Assembly (NCBI GenBank): GCA_047971685.1 | Contig: JBKDZW010000089.1 | Coordinates: 4,488-68,487 of the forward strand | DNA from: Rhodoblastus sp. | GTDB taxonomy: Bacteria; Pseudomonadota; Alphaproteobacteria; Rhizobiales; Beijerinckiaceae | Direction of reading: 5' to 3' | Length of the DNA stretch: 64,000 nucleotides | Part shown: in pieces, positions 27,202 through 35,776 of the stretch | Layout: every line of letters begins with the position of its first letter | Position numbering within the stretch: the stretch's first letter is position 1 | Program-made: the position numbers and the translations under genes | Notes under the pieces: model-generated | Seen by the model: only the letters and a program-made list of their open reading frames with translations | Database searches by the model: none | Told to the model about the DNA's origin: nothing

Positions 27202-28121
27202 GCCAGAACCCATCCCCTGCGGAACCAGCCGAGCGCCAGCAATACGATGAATGGCGTCAGCCAATAACCCGCCTCCTCCCATTGCGGGGCGTCTCCTGCA
27301 ACCGGAGGCGCGGCCCCGCGCCGGGCAAGCGTGCGTGCAAGCTTCCCGACATCGCTGGCGTCTGGCGTCGGCGCCACGAGATCGGCGCCGAGGGCGGAGA
27401 CCGCTGCTTTAATGCCGGGATCGGCGGCCGCTCTGTCGGCCGGCTGCATGGCGAACAGCGTCACCGGCGCACCGCGCGCGCGCGCGAGCGCGGCGATTTC
27501 CGCGGGCGAGACCGTGTCGGCAAAAACCACGATCGAGCCGCCCTCGCCCCCGTCTTTCAACACCTGCGCGGCAAGCTCTATGGCGCCGGAGAGATCGTCG
27601 CCCTCGCGCGGCATCACGTCCGGCGCAAGCGCAGCGGCCATGGTCTCGACCGCAGCCGCGTCGGGCGTTGGCGGCAGCGCCAGATGGGCGGAGCCGGCAT
27701 AGGCGACGAGGCCAGTCGGGGCGCCTTCGCGCAAGGCGAGCAGATCGCTCATCTTCTGCCGGGCGCGGTCGAGCCGGGTCGGCTGAAGGTCGTCGCCCAG
27801 CATGGATGGCGCGACCTTCAGGACGAACATCGCCGGTCTGGCGTTCTGCGCAAAGGGCGAGGGCGCCTGCCGCCAGACCGGTCCGGCGACCGCCAGCACG
27901 CAGAGGATCCAGCCGGCAAGCAGCAGGTCGCCCGGGGCGATCCGGCGACCGGACGCGCCGCCCACAATGAGATGGCCGAGCAGCACGGGATCTATCGCTG
28001 CGCGCCAGCGCGTCGTGGTGTCGGATGCGTATCGCTCCAGCCGCCACAGGGCCAGGGCCGGCAGGATCAGAAGCAACCACCAGGGCCGCAGGAAATGAAA
28101 AGCAGCGAAGGCGTCCATCAT
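27198..28121 (-). CDS. batB: VWA-domain membrane protein (BatB-like)
   Basis: The start at 28121 overlaps the BatA stop (ATGA). N-terminal FHFLRPWWLLLILP TM motif. VWA/MIDAS region. Confidence 0.83.
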   Translation of the reverse strand: MMDAFAAFHFLRPWWLLLILPALALWRLERYASDTTTRWRAAIDPVLLGHLIVGGASGRRIAPGDLLLAGWILCVLAVAGPVWRQAPSPFAQNARPAMFVLKVAPSMLGDDLQPTRLDRARQKMSDLLALREGAPTGLVAYAGSAHLALPPTPDAAAVETMAAALAPDVMPREGDDLSGAIELAAQVLKDGGEGGSIVVFADTVSPAEIAALARARGAPVTLFAMQPADRAAADPGIKAAVSALGADLVAPTPDASDVGKLARTLARRGAAPPVAGDAPQWEEAGYWLTPFIVLLALGWFRRGWVLA

Positions 28122-29113
28122 TGCGGCGCCTCCGCCATTCGCGGGCGCGGCCATCGCACGAGCCGCAACGCCTGCGCCAGCATGGAGAGCGCAATGAGCG
28201 CCGCAAGCGGCAGCCAGTACAATTCGACCCTGGACTGGAACGCGACGGTCTCGACCATGCGCGTCTCGATGGCGTCGAGGCGGCGATAGGCGCCGGCCAG
28301 TTGCTCGCGGTCGAGCGCGCGATAATAGCCGCCTCCGGTGACGGTCGCGACCTCGCGCAGGGCATTCTCATCCAGCTTGTCTTCGCCTGCCGCAGCCGGA
28401 TCGCCCACGGCGACGGTGTGAATGACAATGCCCCTGTCCCTGGCGACACGCGCCGCCTCCGCCGGCGGGACGCTGCTTGCGGTATCGTTGCCATCGGTCA
28501 GCGCGATCATGGTTTTGGCGGGCGCATCCGATTTTGCAAAGAGATTGACGCCGAGGCCGATGGCGTCGCCGAACACGGTGCGCGGGCCGGCCATGCCGAC
28601 CTGCATCTCGCCCAGCAACTGGCGGACGAGCTTGAGGTCGGTGGTGAAGGGCGCCAGCATGAAAGGCGCATTGCCGAACACGACGACGCCAACGCGATCG
28701 CCCTCGCGCCGGGCGAGAAAGTCGTCCAGCACCTGCTTCACGGCCGTCAGTCTGTTGACTTTAGCGCCTGTGGCGTCGGTGAAGTCTCTGGTGTCCATCG
28801 AACCCGAAAGATCGACCAGCAACAGCAGATCGCGGGCCGGCAGGTCGCGATGGATCGGCGGCAAAGTCCATTGCGGGCGCATCAACGCGCCAAGCGCCAG
28901 GCACCAGCAGACGATCAGCATGAGCATGCGCCAGGGCCCGCGCCGGCTCACCCCCGCGCCGTCCTGCGTCCGGCCGCCGGAAAGCCTGACGATTTCGGCG
29001 AAGAACGGCGCCCGCACCGCTGCGCGGACCGTCGTATAGGGCGGCGGCAGCCAATAGGCGAGCGCCGGCAAGGGGGCCAGCAGCGCAATCCAGGGATAGG
29101 CGAAACCGAGCAT
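28118..29113 (-). CDS. batA: VWA-domain membrane protein (BatA-like)
   Basis: MLGFAYPWIALLAPLP… N-terminus. MIDAS motif LLLVDLSGSMD. C-terminal TM segment. Confidence 0.87.
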   Translation of the reverse strand: MLGFAYPWIALLAPLPALAYWLPPPYTTVRAAVRAPFFAEIVRLSGGRTQDGAGVSRRGPWRMLMLIVCWCLALGALMRPQWTLPPIHRDLPARDLLLLVDLSGSMDTRDFTDATGAKVNRLTAVKQVLDDFLARREGDRVGVVVFGNAPFMLAPFTTDLKLVRQLLGEMQVGMAGPRTVFGDAIGLGVNLFAKSDAPAKTMIALTDGNDTASSVPPAEAARVARDRGIVIHTVAVGDPAAAGEDKLDENALREVATVTGGGYYRALDREQLAGAYRRLDAIETRMVETVAFQSRVELYWLPLAALIALSMLAQALRLVRWPRPRMAEAPQ

Positions 29114-29117
29114 TGCG

Positions 29118-29585
29118 CTATCCCGCCGCCCGGTGGCGCTTCACCCAGCGGCGCGCCGCCGTCAGGATCGCCGCGAAGTCGCCGGAGCCGGCGCCATAGG
29201 CCGCGCTCTCGAGCGAGGCGCCCGGTCTGCGGGTGAAACTGTCGGCGCCCGCCGTGCGATCGAGGAAGGCAAGCCATCCGGAGCCGGTGAGGCTCGCGGT
29301 TTCGGCTCTCGGATAGGCAACCAGCGCAGCGCGCTTGAGAATGGCGGAGACGGCCCGGATACGCGCTGCGGGATCGTCTGTCGCCGCGAGAGCGGCCAGT
29401 TCGACGAGCGCGGCGCGACGATAGGCGTTGCGGCGATAGCGCCGGACCGCAGCAACGATGAAGATCGCCAGCGCGCCAAGCGCCGATGCGGCGAGAATCC
29501 ACCAGCCGGGCGCGGGCGGCCACCACGGAACTGGCGGCGGCGCAAAAATGTCGCGCAGATTGGAGAGGCTGGCGGGATCGCTCAC
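29118..29585 (-). CDS. DUF4381-domain protein
   Basis: Characteristic …PPPVPWWPPAPGWWILA… TM start followed by …YRRAALVELAAL…. Confidence 0.75.
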   Translation of the reverse strand: MSDPASLSNLRDIFAPPPVPWWPPAPGWWILAASALGALAIFIVAAVRRYRRNAYRRAALVELAALAATDDPAARIRAVSAILKRAALVAYPRAETASLTGSGWLAFLDRTAGADSFTRRPGASLESAAYGAGSGDFAAILTAARRWVKRHRAAG

Positions 29586-30583
29586 TGCGCCGGCTCCCCC
29601 GGTTGCGGCGCCGCCTTTCGGGCGAGGCGGCGGCCAAGGAGTTCGCGCAACTGGTCGGCGGTGTCGCGCGCGGTCGTCAATTGCAGAACGGGAATGGCGC
29701 GCCGGCGCGAGAAACCATGGATGGCGTTGCGCCGCTCGACGAAGCGCGTGGCGAATTCATCGCGAAGGCCGCGTATGCCGGTGTCGATCTCGACCTGCCG
29801 GGCGCCTTCGGCCAGAGCAGCCCGGCCGATATCGGGCAGTTCGCTTTCGAGCGGATCGGACACGAAGATCGCCAGCACGTCGTTATGCGCGCTGATCTGC
29901 GTCACGAGCCGCACGGTTTGCGCATCGGCGCCGCCGGCGTCCGTGATCAGGCTCAAAAGCCCGTCATGGGGCAGAAGCTGGCGCGCCTTGGCAAGCGCGG
30001 CGTTCAGCAAGCCGGGGTCGCTGGGGCGCGTATCGTCGGCCCTGAGGGCGCGATTGTGCCGGACGATCGCTTCAAACAGCGGCCCAATGGCGGCGCGGCG
30101 CGCGCGCGGCCGGATCTCGTCGATGCCGTTCTCGGAAAAAACAACGCCGCCAACGCGGTCGCCAAGCGATACGACGCGCCACGCCGACAGCGCCGCCGCC
30201 TCCGCCGCGATGACCGACTTCATCGCATGGCGACTGCCAAAAAACATGCCGAGCCGCTGATCGACCAGCAGCAGAACGGGGCGGTCGCGCTCCTCGGTGT
30301 AAACGCGCATTTGCGGCGCGCCGAGCCGCGCAGTGGCGCGCCAATCGATGGCGCGCACATCGTCGCCCTCGTAATAATGACGCAATTCCTCGAATTCGAG
30401 GCCGCGCCCGCGCAGCCGCGAGGCGTGACGGCCGGCCAGCAGCGAATGAACCGGCTGTTTCGGCAGAAAGCCGAAACCTCTGGCCTGATGGTTCAGACGC
30501 AACAGATCGTCGAGAGTTATATAAGCGCGGGCCTTTCCCGGATCGCTCCTTGCCGCTGCGCTATCTCGCCACCGCCACATCAC
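29582..30583 (-). CDS. DUF58-domain protein
   Basis: Motif …RGRGLEFEELRHYYEGDDVRAIDWRATAR…. 4-nt overlap with the downstream DUF4381 gene. Confidence 0.87.
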   Translation of the reverse strand: MMWRWRDSAAARSDPGKARAYITLDDLLRLNHQARGFGFLPKQPVHSLLAGRHASRLRGRGLEFEELRHYYEGDDVRAIDWRATARLGAPQMRVYTEERDRPVLLLVDQRLGMFFGSRHAMKSVIAAEAAALSAWRVVSLGDRVGGVVFSENGIDEIRPRARRAAIGPLFEAIVRHNRALRADDTRPSDPGLLNAALAKARQLLPHDGLLSLITDAGGADAQTVRLVTQISAHNDVLAIFVSDPLESELPDIGRAALAEGARQVEIDTGIRGLRDEFATRFVERRNAIHGFSRRRAIPVLQLTTARDTADQLRELLGRRLARKAAPQPGEPAQ

Positions 30584-30598
30584 ACCGCTACCGCTACA

Positions 30599-31567
30599 TT
30601 ATACGGCTACCGCTACTTGGCGGATCAATTCGCAGACCACATCGTCGGCGTTCCGGCCGTCCGCACTCGCCTCGTAGGTGAGCGAAATGCGATGGCGCAG
30701 GCAGTCCGCAGCGACATTCTGAACATCCTCGGGCGTCACGTAATCGCGTCCCTGCAACCACGCAAAAGCGCGCGAAGTCCGGTCGAGCGCCAACGTGCCG
30801 CGCGGACTGGCGCCTATGCTGATCCAGTCCTTCAACCGGTCGCCGAACTGCGCGGGGCGGCGCGTGGCGGCGACCAGCGTCACGATGTAGCTCTCGACCG
30901 CCTCGACCATTTTCACGGCGTCGATTTCCCTGCGGGCGTCGAAAATCACGCTCTGGGGCAATTTCGGCGCCGGCGGCGGCGCTACAGCCTGTTCCGCGCG
31001 CACGAGGCGCATCACGTTTATCTCGTCCGAATCGCTGGGATAGCCGATAGAGACATGCATGAGGAAGCGGTCCATCTGCGCCTCCGGCAGAGGATACGTG
31101 CCTTCCTGCTCGATCGGATTTTGCGTCGCCAGCACCATGAACAGGTCGGGCAACGGATAACGCACGCCGGAGACGGTGACCTGCCTTTCTTCCATCGCCT
31201 CGAGAAGCGCCGATTGCACCTTTGCCGGCGCACGGTTGATTTCGTCGGCAAGCACGAGATTGCCGAAAATCGGGCCCTTGCGAAACTCGAACGAGCCGCC
31301 GCCATCGCCCTGTGTCCGGTAGATCTCGCCGCCGGTGACGTCGGAGGGCAAAAGATCCGGCGTGAACTGGATGCGGCTGAACTCGCTTTCCAGCGCCTGC
31401 GACAGGCTCTTGATGGCTCGCGTCTTGGCGAGGCCGGGCAATCCTTCGAGAATGACATTGCCATTGGACAGGAGCGCGATCACGAGGCGCTCGACCACAC
31501 GCTCCTGACCAATGATGGATGCGTTCATCCTGGATTGAATTTCACGAATGGAATCGAGCGCCGTCAT
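30599..31567 (-). CDS. moxR: MoxR-family AAA+ ATPase
   Basis: Start at MTALDSIREIQ…. Walker A GLPGLAKT. Walker B LVLADEINRA. Also …ATQNPIEQEGTYPLPEAQMDRF…. Confidence 0.92.
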   Translation of the reverse strand: MTALDSIREIQSRMNASIIGQERVVERLVIALLSNGNVILEGLPGLAKTRAIKSLSQALESEFSRIQFTPDLLPSDVTGGEIYRTQGDGGGSFEFRKGPIFGNLVLADEINRAPAKVQSALLEAMEERQVTVSGVRYPLPDLFMVLATQNPIEQEGTYPLPEAQMDRFLMHVSIGYPSDSDEINVMRLVRAEQAVAPPPAPKLPQSVIFDARREIDAVKMVEAVESYIVTLVAATRRPAQFGDRLKDWISIGASPRGTLALDRTSRAFAWLQGRDYVTPEDVQNVAADCLRHRISLTYEASADGRNADDVVCELIRQVAVAV

Positions 31568-31684
31568 TATTTCCCGCCTCGAAGGCCATCCCTGAATTTC
31601 CCGCTCCGAACGCCATCCTGAGGCCAGGCCGGAAGCAAACCTTGCAGCCACGGGCTGCAAGGTTCAAGAACTCATCCGGTTCCG

Positions 31685-33268
31685 TTACTGGCCGCTCCTC
31701 ATTTTATCGAACTGCTGTCGAACGCCCTCCTGAATCTGGTCGATCGAGAAGCTCGGCGGGCGTTGCGCAGGCGGGTATTCCTTGAACGTACCAAAGAATT
31801 TCGCCACGATCGCCTGTGCGGGAACCGCCAGATAGCTGTGGTCGATCAGCCAGTCGTAATAGGTGTTCGAGGTGATGTCGGCGCGTTCATAGGGGTCTGC
31901 GCGCAGATCGAACATCTTCGGTATGCGCAGCTTGACGAAGGGCTCGGCCCAGACAGCGAACGTGCCTTTCATGCGCTGCTCCTCGAAGACGAGCTTCCAG
32001 TTTTCGTAACGAACCCCCACGAGATCGCCGTCATCGTTGAAGTAGAAGAATTCCTTGCGGGCGCTCTCGGGGCTCTTGCCCGTCAGATAGTCGAGCTGGT
32101 TGTAGCCGTCGAGATGGTTCTTGTACCGCTTGCCGTCGATCGTCGCGCCCTTGAGCAGGCGATCCTTGATGGTCGTGTCGCCAGCCGCCGCCAGCAAAGT
32201 CGGAAACCAGTCGAGACCGGAAAAGATGCCGTTGGCGACGGAGCCCGGTTTGATGTGCCCCGGCCAGCGGATCAGCGCCGGCACGCGGTAGGCGCCTTCC
32301 CAATTGGTGTTTTTCTCGCTGCGGAAGGGTGTGGTGGCCGCGTCCGGCCAGGCGTTCTGATGCGGACCGTTATCCGTCGTATAAATGACGATCGTGTTGT
32401 CGGCGAGTTTGAGCTGATCGAGCTTGTCGAGAATCGTGCCGATGACCTTGTCGGTTTCGATCATGCCATCGGCATATTCCGTGAGCGCGGCCAGGCCGGG
32501 TTTGCTGCGGTGCTCGGGGCGCACATGGGTGCGGAAGTGCATCCGCGTGGTGTTCATCCAGACGAAGAACTGCTTGCCGGCCTTCGCCTGACGTTCGATG
32601 AAGTCGATGGCGGCGCCGGACGTTTCGTCATCGATCGTCTCCATGCGCTTGCGCGTCAGCGGACCTGTGTCCTCGATCTTGCCGTCGGCGGACGATTTCA
32701 GCACGCCGCGCGGGCCAAATTTCTTGCGGAATTCAGGATCGCGCGGATAGTTGAAATTCTCCGGCTCCTCCTCTGCATTCAGATGGTAGAGATTGCCGAA
32801 AAATTCATCGAACCCGTGCGCAGTCGGCAGATATTCGTCCAGATCGCCCAGATGATTTTTGCCGAATTGCGCGGTCGCATAGCCAAGGTCTTTGAGCGCC
32901 GAAGCCATGGTCACGTCAATTGCCTGAAGCCCGAGCTTGGCGCCCGGCACGCCGACCTTGGACAGGCCCGTTCGCAACGTCGACTGGCCGGTAATGAACG
33001 TCGAGCGTCCCGCCGTGCAGCTCTGCTCGGCGTAATAATCGGTGAATTTCAGCCCTTCATTCGCAATACGGTCAATGTTGGGCGTGCGATAACCCATCAA
33101 CCCGAAACTATAGGTCGACAGGTTCGTCTGGCCGATATCATCGCCGAATATCACAAGAATGTTCGGCTTGGCGGGCGCCTGCTGCGGCTGTGCCTGGACC
33201 GACCACCCGACCGTCAGCACCGTCGTGGCGGACAATAGGACTGTCGCCAGCATTCGTCGCAGTTTCAT
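31685..33268 (-). CDS. Arylsulfatase (Cys-type, formylglycine-dependent), secreted
   Basis: Signal peptide. Sulfatase signature SCTAGRSTFITGQ (C-x-A-x-R). Also …NILVIFGDDIG… and …GKNHLGD…. Confidence 0.92.
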   Translation of the reverse strand: MKLRRMLATVLLSATTVLTVGWSVQAQPQQAPAKPNILVIFGDDIGQTNLSTYSFGLMGYRTPNIDRIANEGLKFTDYYAEQSCTAGRSTFITGQSTLRTGLSKVGVPGAKLGLQAIDVTMASALKDLGYATAQFGKNHLGDLDEYLPTAHGFDEFFGNLYHLNAEEEPENFNYPRDPEFRKKFGPRGVLKSSADGKIEDTGPLTRKRMETIDDETSGAAIDFIERQAKAGKQFFVWMNTTRMHFRTHVRPEHRSKPGLAALTEYADGMIETDKVIGTILDKLDQLKLADNTIVIYTTDNGPHQNAWPDAATTPFRSEKNTNWEGAYRVPALIRWPGHIKPGSVANGIFSGLDWFPTLLAAAGDTTIKDRLLKGATIDGKRYKNHLDGYNQLDYLTGKSPESARKEFFYFNDDGDLVGVRYENWKLVFEEQRMKGTFAVWAEPFVKLRIPKMFDLRADPYERADITSNTYYDWLIDHSYLAVPAQAIVAKFFGTFKEYPPAQRPPSFSIDQIQEGVRQQFDKMRSGQ

Positions 33269-33280
33269 CGCGGGTTCCTT

Positions 33281-33375
33281 TTATTGTCCAAGTGGCGGTT
33301 TATTGTCCAAGTGACGGCTTATTGTCCAAGTAGCGGCTTATTGTCCAAGTGGCGGCTTATTGTCCAAATGACATT
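33281..33375. repeat. 19-bp tandem repeat, 5 copies, immediately upstream of the arylsulfatase start
   Basis: TTATTGTCCAAGTGGCGG(T/C) units at 33281, 33300, 33319, 33338 and 33357, with 1-4 substitutions each. The first unit begins 13 nt from the ATG at 33268. Confidence 0.95.
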
Positions 33376-33614
33376 GATGCCGCCGGAGACAACATGCCCT
33401 CAATTCGGAGAAAGAGTAAAGGGCCTGGAGCGCAGACTCAAATATTGAATTTTGAACCCTATTTCAATCTATTAAACCCTGAGCTTTGGCAATAGGCTGG
33501 GGGTGGTGGCGGCTGTACAATATCGTCGCCGTCAAACCGCAGCTTAGGAAAGTATGGGCGTAACTTCATTGCGGATTACAGCCGGGGGAAACGTAACGCC
33601 GCTTCCGGCGTCAA

Positions 33615-33640
33615 AGATCGACATATAGAGATCGACATAT
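33615..33640. repeat. 14-bp direct repeat x2 (AGATCGACATAT-AG)
   Basis: agatcgacatat at 33615-33626 and again at 33629-33640. Confidence 0.8.
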
Positions 33641-33646
33641 GGCCTC

Positions 33647-33691
33647 TTTCACTGGATTGATTTTCACTGGATTGATTTTCACTGGATTGAC
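33647..33691. repeat. 15-bp tandem repeat, 3 copies (TTTCACTGGATTGAT), 34 nt upstream of the cytochrome gene
   Basis: Units at 33647-33661, 33662-33676 and 33677-33691. Only the last base of unit 3 differs. Confidence 0.95.
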
Positions 33692-33724
33692 GGTCCGGCG
33701 CCGTCGTGCATCAGGGCGCTCGTG

Positions 33725-35746
33725 ATGCGCCTGGCGAAATTCGCCGCGGCGATTGTTTTCGTTCTCATCGCCTGCCCTGCCGCATTCGGGCAGGCGGCGC
33801 CCGAGGCGCGACAGGACTATGTTGGCAGCCAGGCCTGCGCGCAATGCCACGAAAAACCCTATTCCGCCTGGCGAAGATCGCATCACGCCAACGCCTGGAA
33901 TGCGCCGGATGAAAAAACAGTGCTCGGCGATTTTTCCGGCGCGATCTTCACGCATAATGGCGTTGAAACGCGCTTCACCAGAAAGGGGGGCGATTTTTTC
34001 ATCGCTACGCAAGGAGCCGACGGCAAGACGCACGAATACAAGGTCAGGTATACGGCAGGCGTCACGCCTCTCCAGCAATATCTCATCGAGACCGATCCCG
34101 GGCGCCTCCAGGCGTTCGACGTCGCCTGGGACACGATCGACAAGCGCTGGTACCCCCTCTTTCCCGAGCAGAAAATCTCCGCCGCCGACGGCCTTCACTG
34201 GACCGGACCGTACAAGAACTGGAATGGCCGCTGCGCCGAATGCCACGCAACCGATTACAGGAAGAATTACGATCCCCGGACACGCCGGTATCACAGCGTC
34301 CAGTCGGAGACCGGCGTCGGCTGCGAGGCCTGTCACGGCGCCGGCGCAAGGCATGTCGACTGGGCGCGCTCGCGCGGCGCCGGCAAGAAGCTGGACGACA
34401 AGGGGCAAGACGACAAGGGGCAAGACGACAAAGGGCAAGACGACAAAGGGCAAGACGACAGGGGGCAAGGCGACAAGGGGCTCGACATCGCTTTCGCGGG
34501 CCGTCCGGCTGCGGTCGAAACGCAGCAATGCGCCGGATGCCATTCCCGGCGCGAGACGCTTACCGATTCAACGCCCCCGGCGGGAACGAAATTTGCCGAC
34601 GCCTACAGCATCGCCTTGTTGCGGCCTGGTCTCTATTACCCCGACGGCGCGATCAAGGACGAAGTCTATGTCTACGGTTCGTTCCTGCAATCGAAGATGA
34701 GCCGGAAGGGCGTTCGCTGCTCGAACTGCCACGAGCCGCATTCAGGGCAGCTTCGCGCCGAAGGAAACGCGCTTTGCACGCAATGTCACTCACCCGCCGG
34801 CAATCCGAATTTTTCCTCACTTGCAAAGAAGAACTACGATACGCCGGAACATCATTTTCACGCGACAGGCTCGAAGGGCGCCGAATGCAAAAGCTGCCAT
34901 ATGATGGCGCGCGTCTACATGGGCGTCGACAAACGGCGCGACCATAGTTTCAGGGTTCCCCGGCCGGATCTGTCGGCAGCCATCGGCGTTCCCGACACCT
35001 GCAACGACTGCCATAAGGACAAGACCGCCGCCTGGGCGCAGGACGAGTTGAAAAAGCGCTTTCCGCACTCGCTTCATCGGGGCGGCCATTTTGCGACTGT
35101 TTTTGCGCAAGCCAACGTAAATCCGCTGCACCAGGCGGACGCCCTGCTGGCCATCGCCGCGGATGCGGGGCAAGCCGGCATCGTGCGCGCAACCGCGCTC
35201 GACCTGTTGCGCCCGGCAGCCGATCCAAAGATCGCTGCGCGTGCGCAGCCTCTGCTCCGGGATGGCGATCCGATCGTGCGCGCCGCAGCCGCAATGCTCC
35301 AGCGCGGCATTCCAGCGCCGGAGCGCGTCCTCGTTCTGGCGCCGGTTTTATCCGATACGGTCAAATCCGTGCGAATTGCCGCCGCCAAGGAATTGATCGG
35401 CGCCGTCGGCCCCGGCGTAGAGGCCGGCGTCGTCGCTGAATACCGCAAGGCGAACGCCGAATTCATGGCCGCGTTCCAGGCCCGGTCGGATTTCCCGGAA
35501 ACCCATATGGCGCTGGGCGGGATCGCGCTTGGGGTGAGAAACATGCGTGCCGCATATGCCGCGTTCAGCGAAGCGGTCGAGGAAGATCCCCAACTCGTGC
35601 AAGGCTGGACGATGCTCGTGCAGATCAATCTGGCTCGTGGCCAGAAGAGCGCGGCGCAGCGCGTCCTGCAACAGGCCCAAGCCGCCAACCCCGACGACCA
35701 GACCCTGAAGGAGATGGAGACGGTCGTGAAAGACCTCCCGCAATGA
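33725..35746 (+). CDS. Secreted octaheme c-type cytochrome fused to HEAT/TPR-like repeats
   Basis: Signal peptide. Eight CxxCH motifs (CAQCH, CAECH, CEACH, CAGCH, CSNCH, CTQCH, CKSCH, CNDCH). The C-terminal ~230 aa are helical repeats (…LLRDGDPIVRAAAA…, …AYAAFSEAVEEDPQLVQGW…). Confidence 0.85.
   Translation: MRLAKFAAAIVFVLIACPAAFGQAAPEARQDYVGSQACAQCHEKPYSAWRRSHHANAWNAPDEKTVLGDFSGAIFTHNGVETRFTRKGGDFFIATQGADGKTHEYKVRYTAGVTPLQQYLIETDPGRLQAFDVAWDTIDKRWYPLFPEQKISAADGLHWTGPYKNWNGRCAECHATDYRKNYDPRTRRYHSVQSETGVGCEACHGAGARHVDWARSRGAGKKLDDKGQDDKGQDDKGQDDKGQDDRGQGDKGLDIAFAGRPAAVETQQCAGCHSRRETLTDSTPPAGTKFADAYSIALLRPGLYYPDGAIKDEVYVYGSFLQSKMSRKGVRCSNCHEPHSGQLRAEGNALCTQCHSPAGNPNFSSLAKKNYDTPEHHFHATGSKGAECKSCHMMARVYMGVDKRRDHSFRVPRPDLSAAIGVPDTCNDCHKDKTAAWAQDELKKRFPHSLHRGGHFATVFAQANVNPLHQADALLAIAADAGQAGIVRATALDLLRPAADPKIAARAQPLLRDGDPIVRAAAAMLQRGIPAPERVLVLAPVLSDTVKSVRIAAAKELIGAVGPGVEAGVVAEYRKANAEFMAAFQARSDFPETHMALGGIALGVRNMRAAYAAFSEAVEEDPQLVQGWTMLVQINLARGQKSAAQRVLQQAQAANPDDQTLKEMETVVKDLPQ
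34394..34483. repeat. In-frame 15-bp tandem repeat, 6 copies, encoding (DDKGQ)n inside the cytochrome gene
   Basis: gacgacaaggggcaa-type units from 34394 to 34483. Translation is DDKGQ DDKGQ DDKGQ DDKGQ DDRGQ GDKGL, located between heme motifs 3 and 4. Confidence 0.95.
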
Positions 35747-35776
35747 TCGAAGGCGCCCTGGCCGGAGATACCGCCA

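Noticed and set aside
33281-33375. The tandem repeat arrays (here and at 5671, 51081, 57260) as possible CRISPR arrays.
   Set aside because: The units are contiguous with no unique spacers and are only 15-25 bp long. No cas genes are present in the window.
33400-33610. A possible tRNA or small RNA gene in the long non-coding gap between the sulfatase and the cytochrome. The gaps 51024-51504 and 57061-57455 were also considered.
   Set aside because: I could find no cloverleaf-compatible sequence (no GTTCGAATC-like T-arm and no acceptor-stem complementarity). There is no clear promoter-plus-terminator pair. An sRNA cannot be excluded without expression data.
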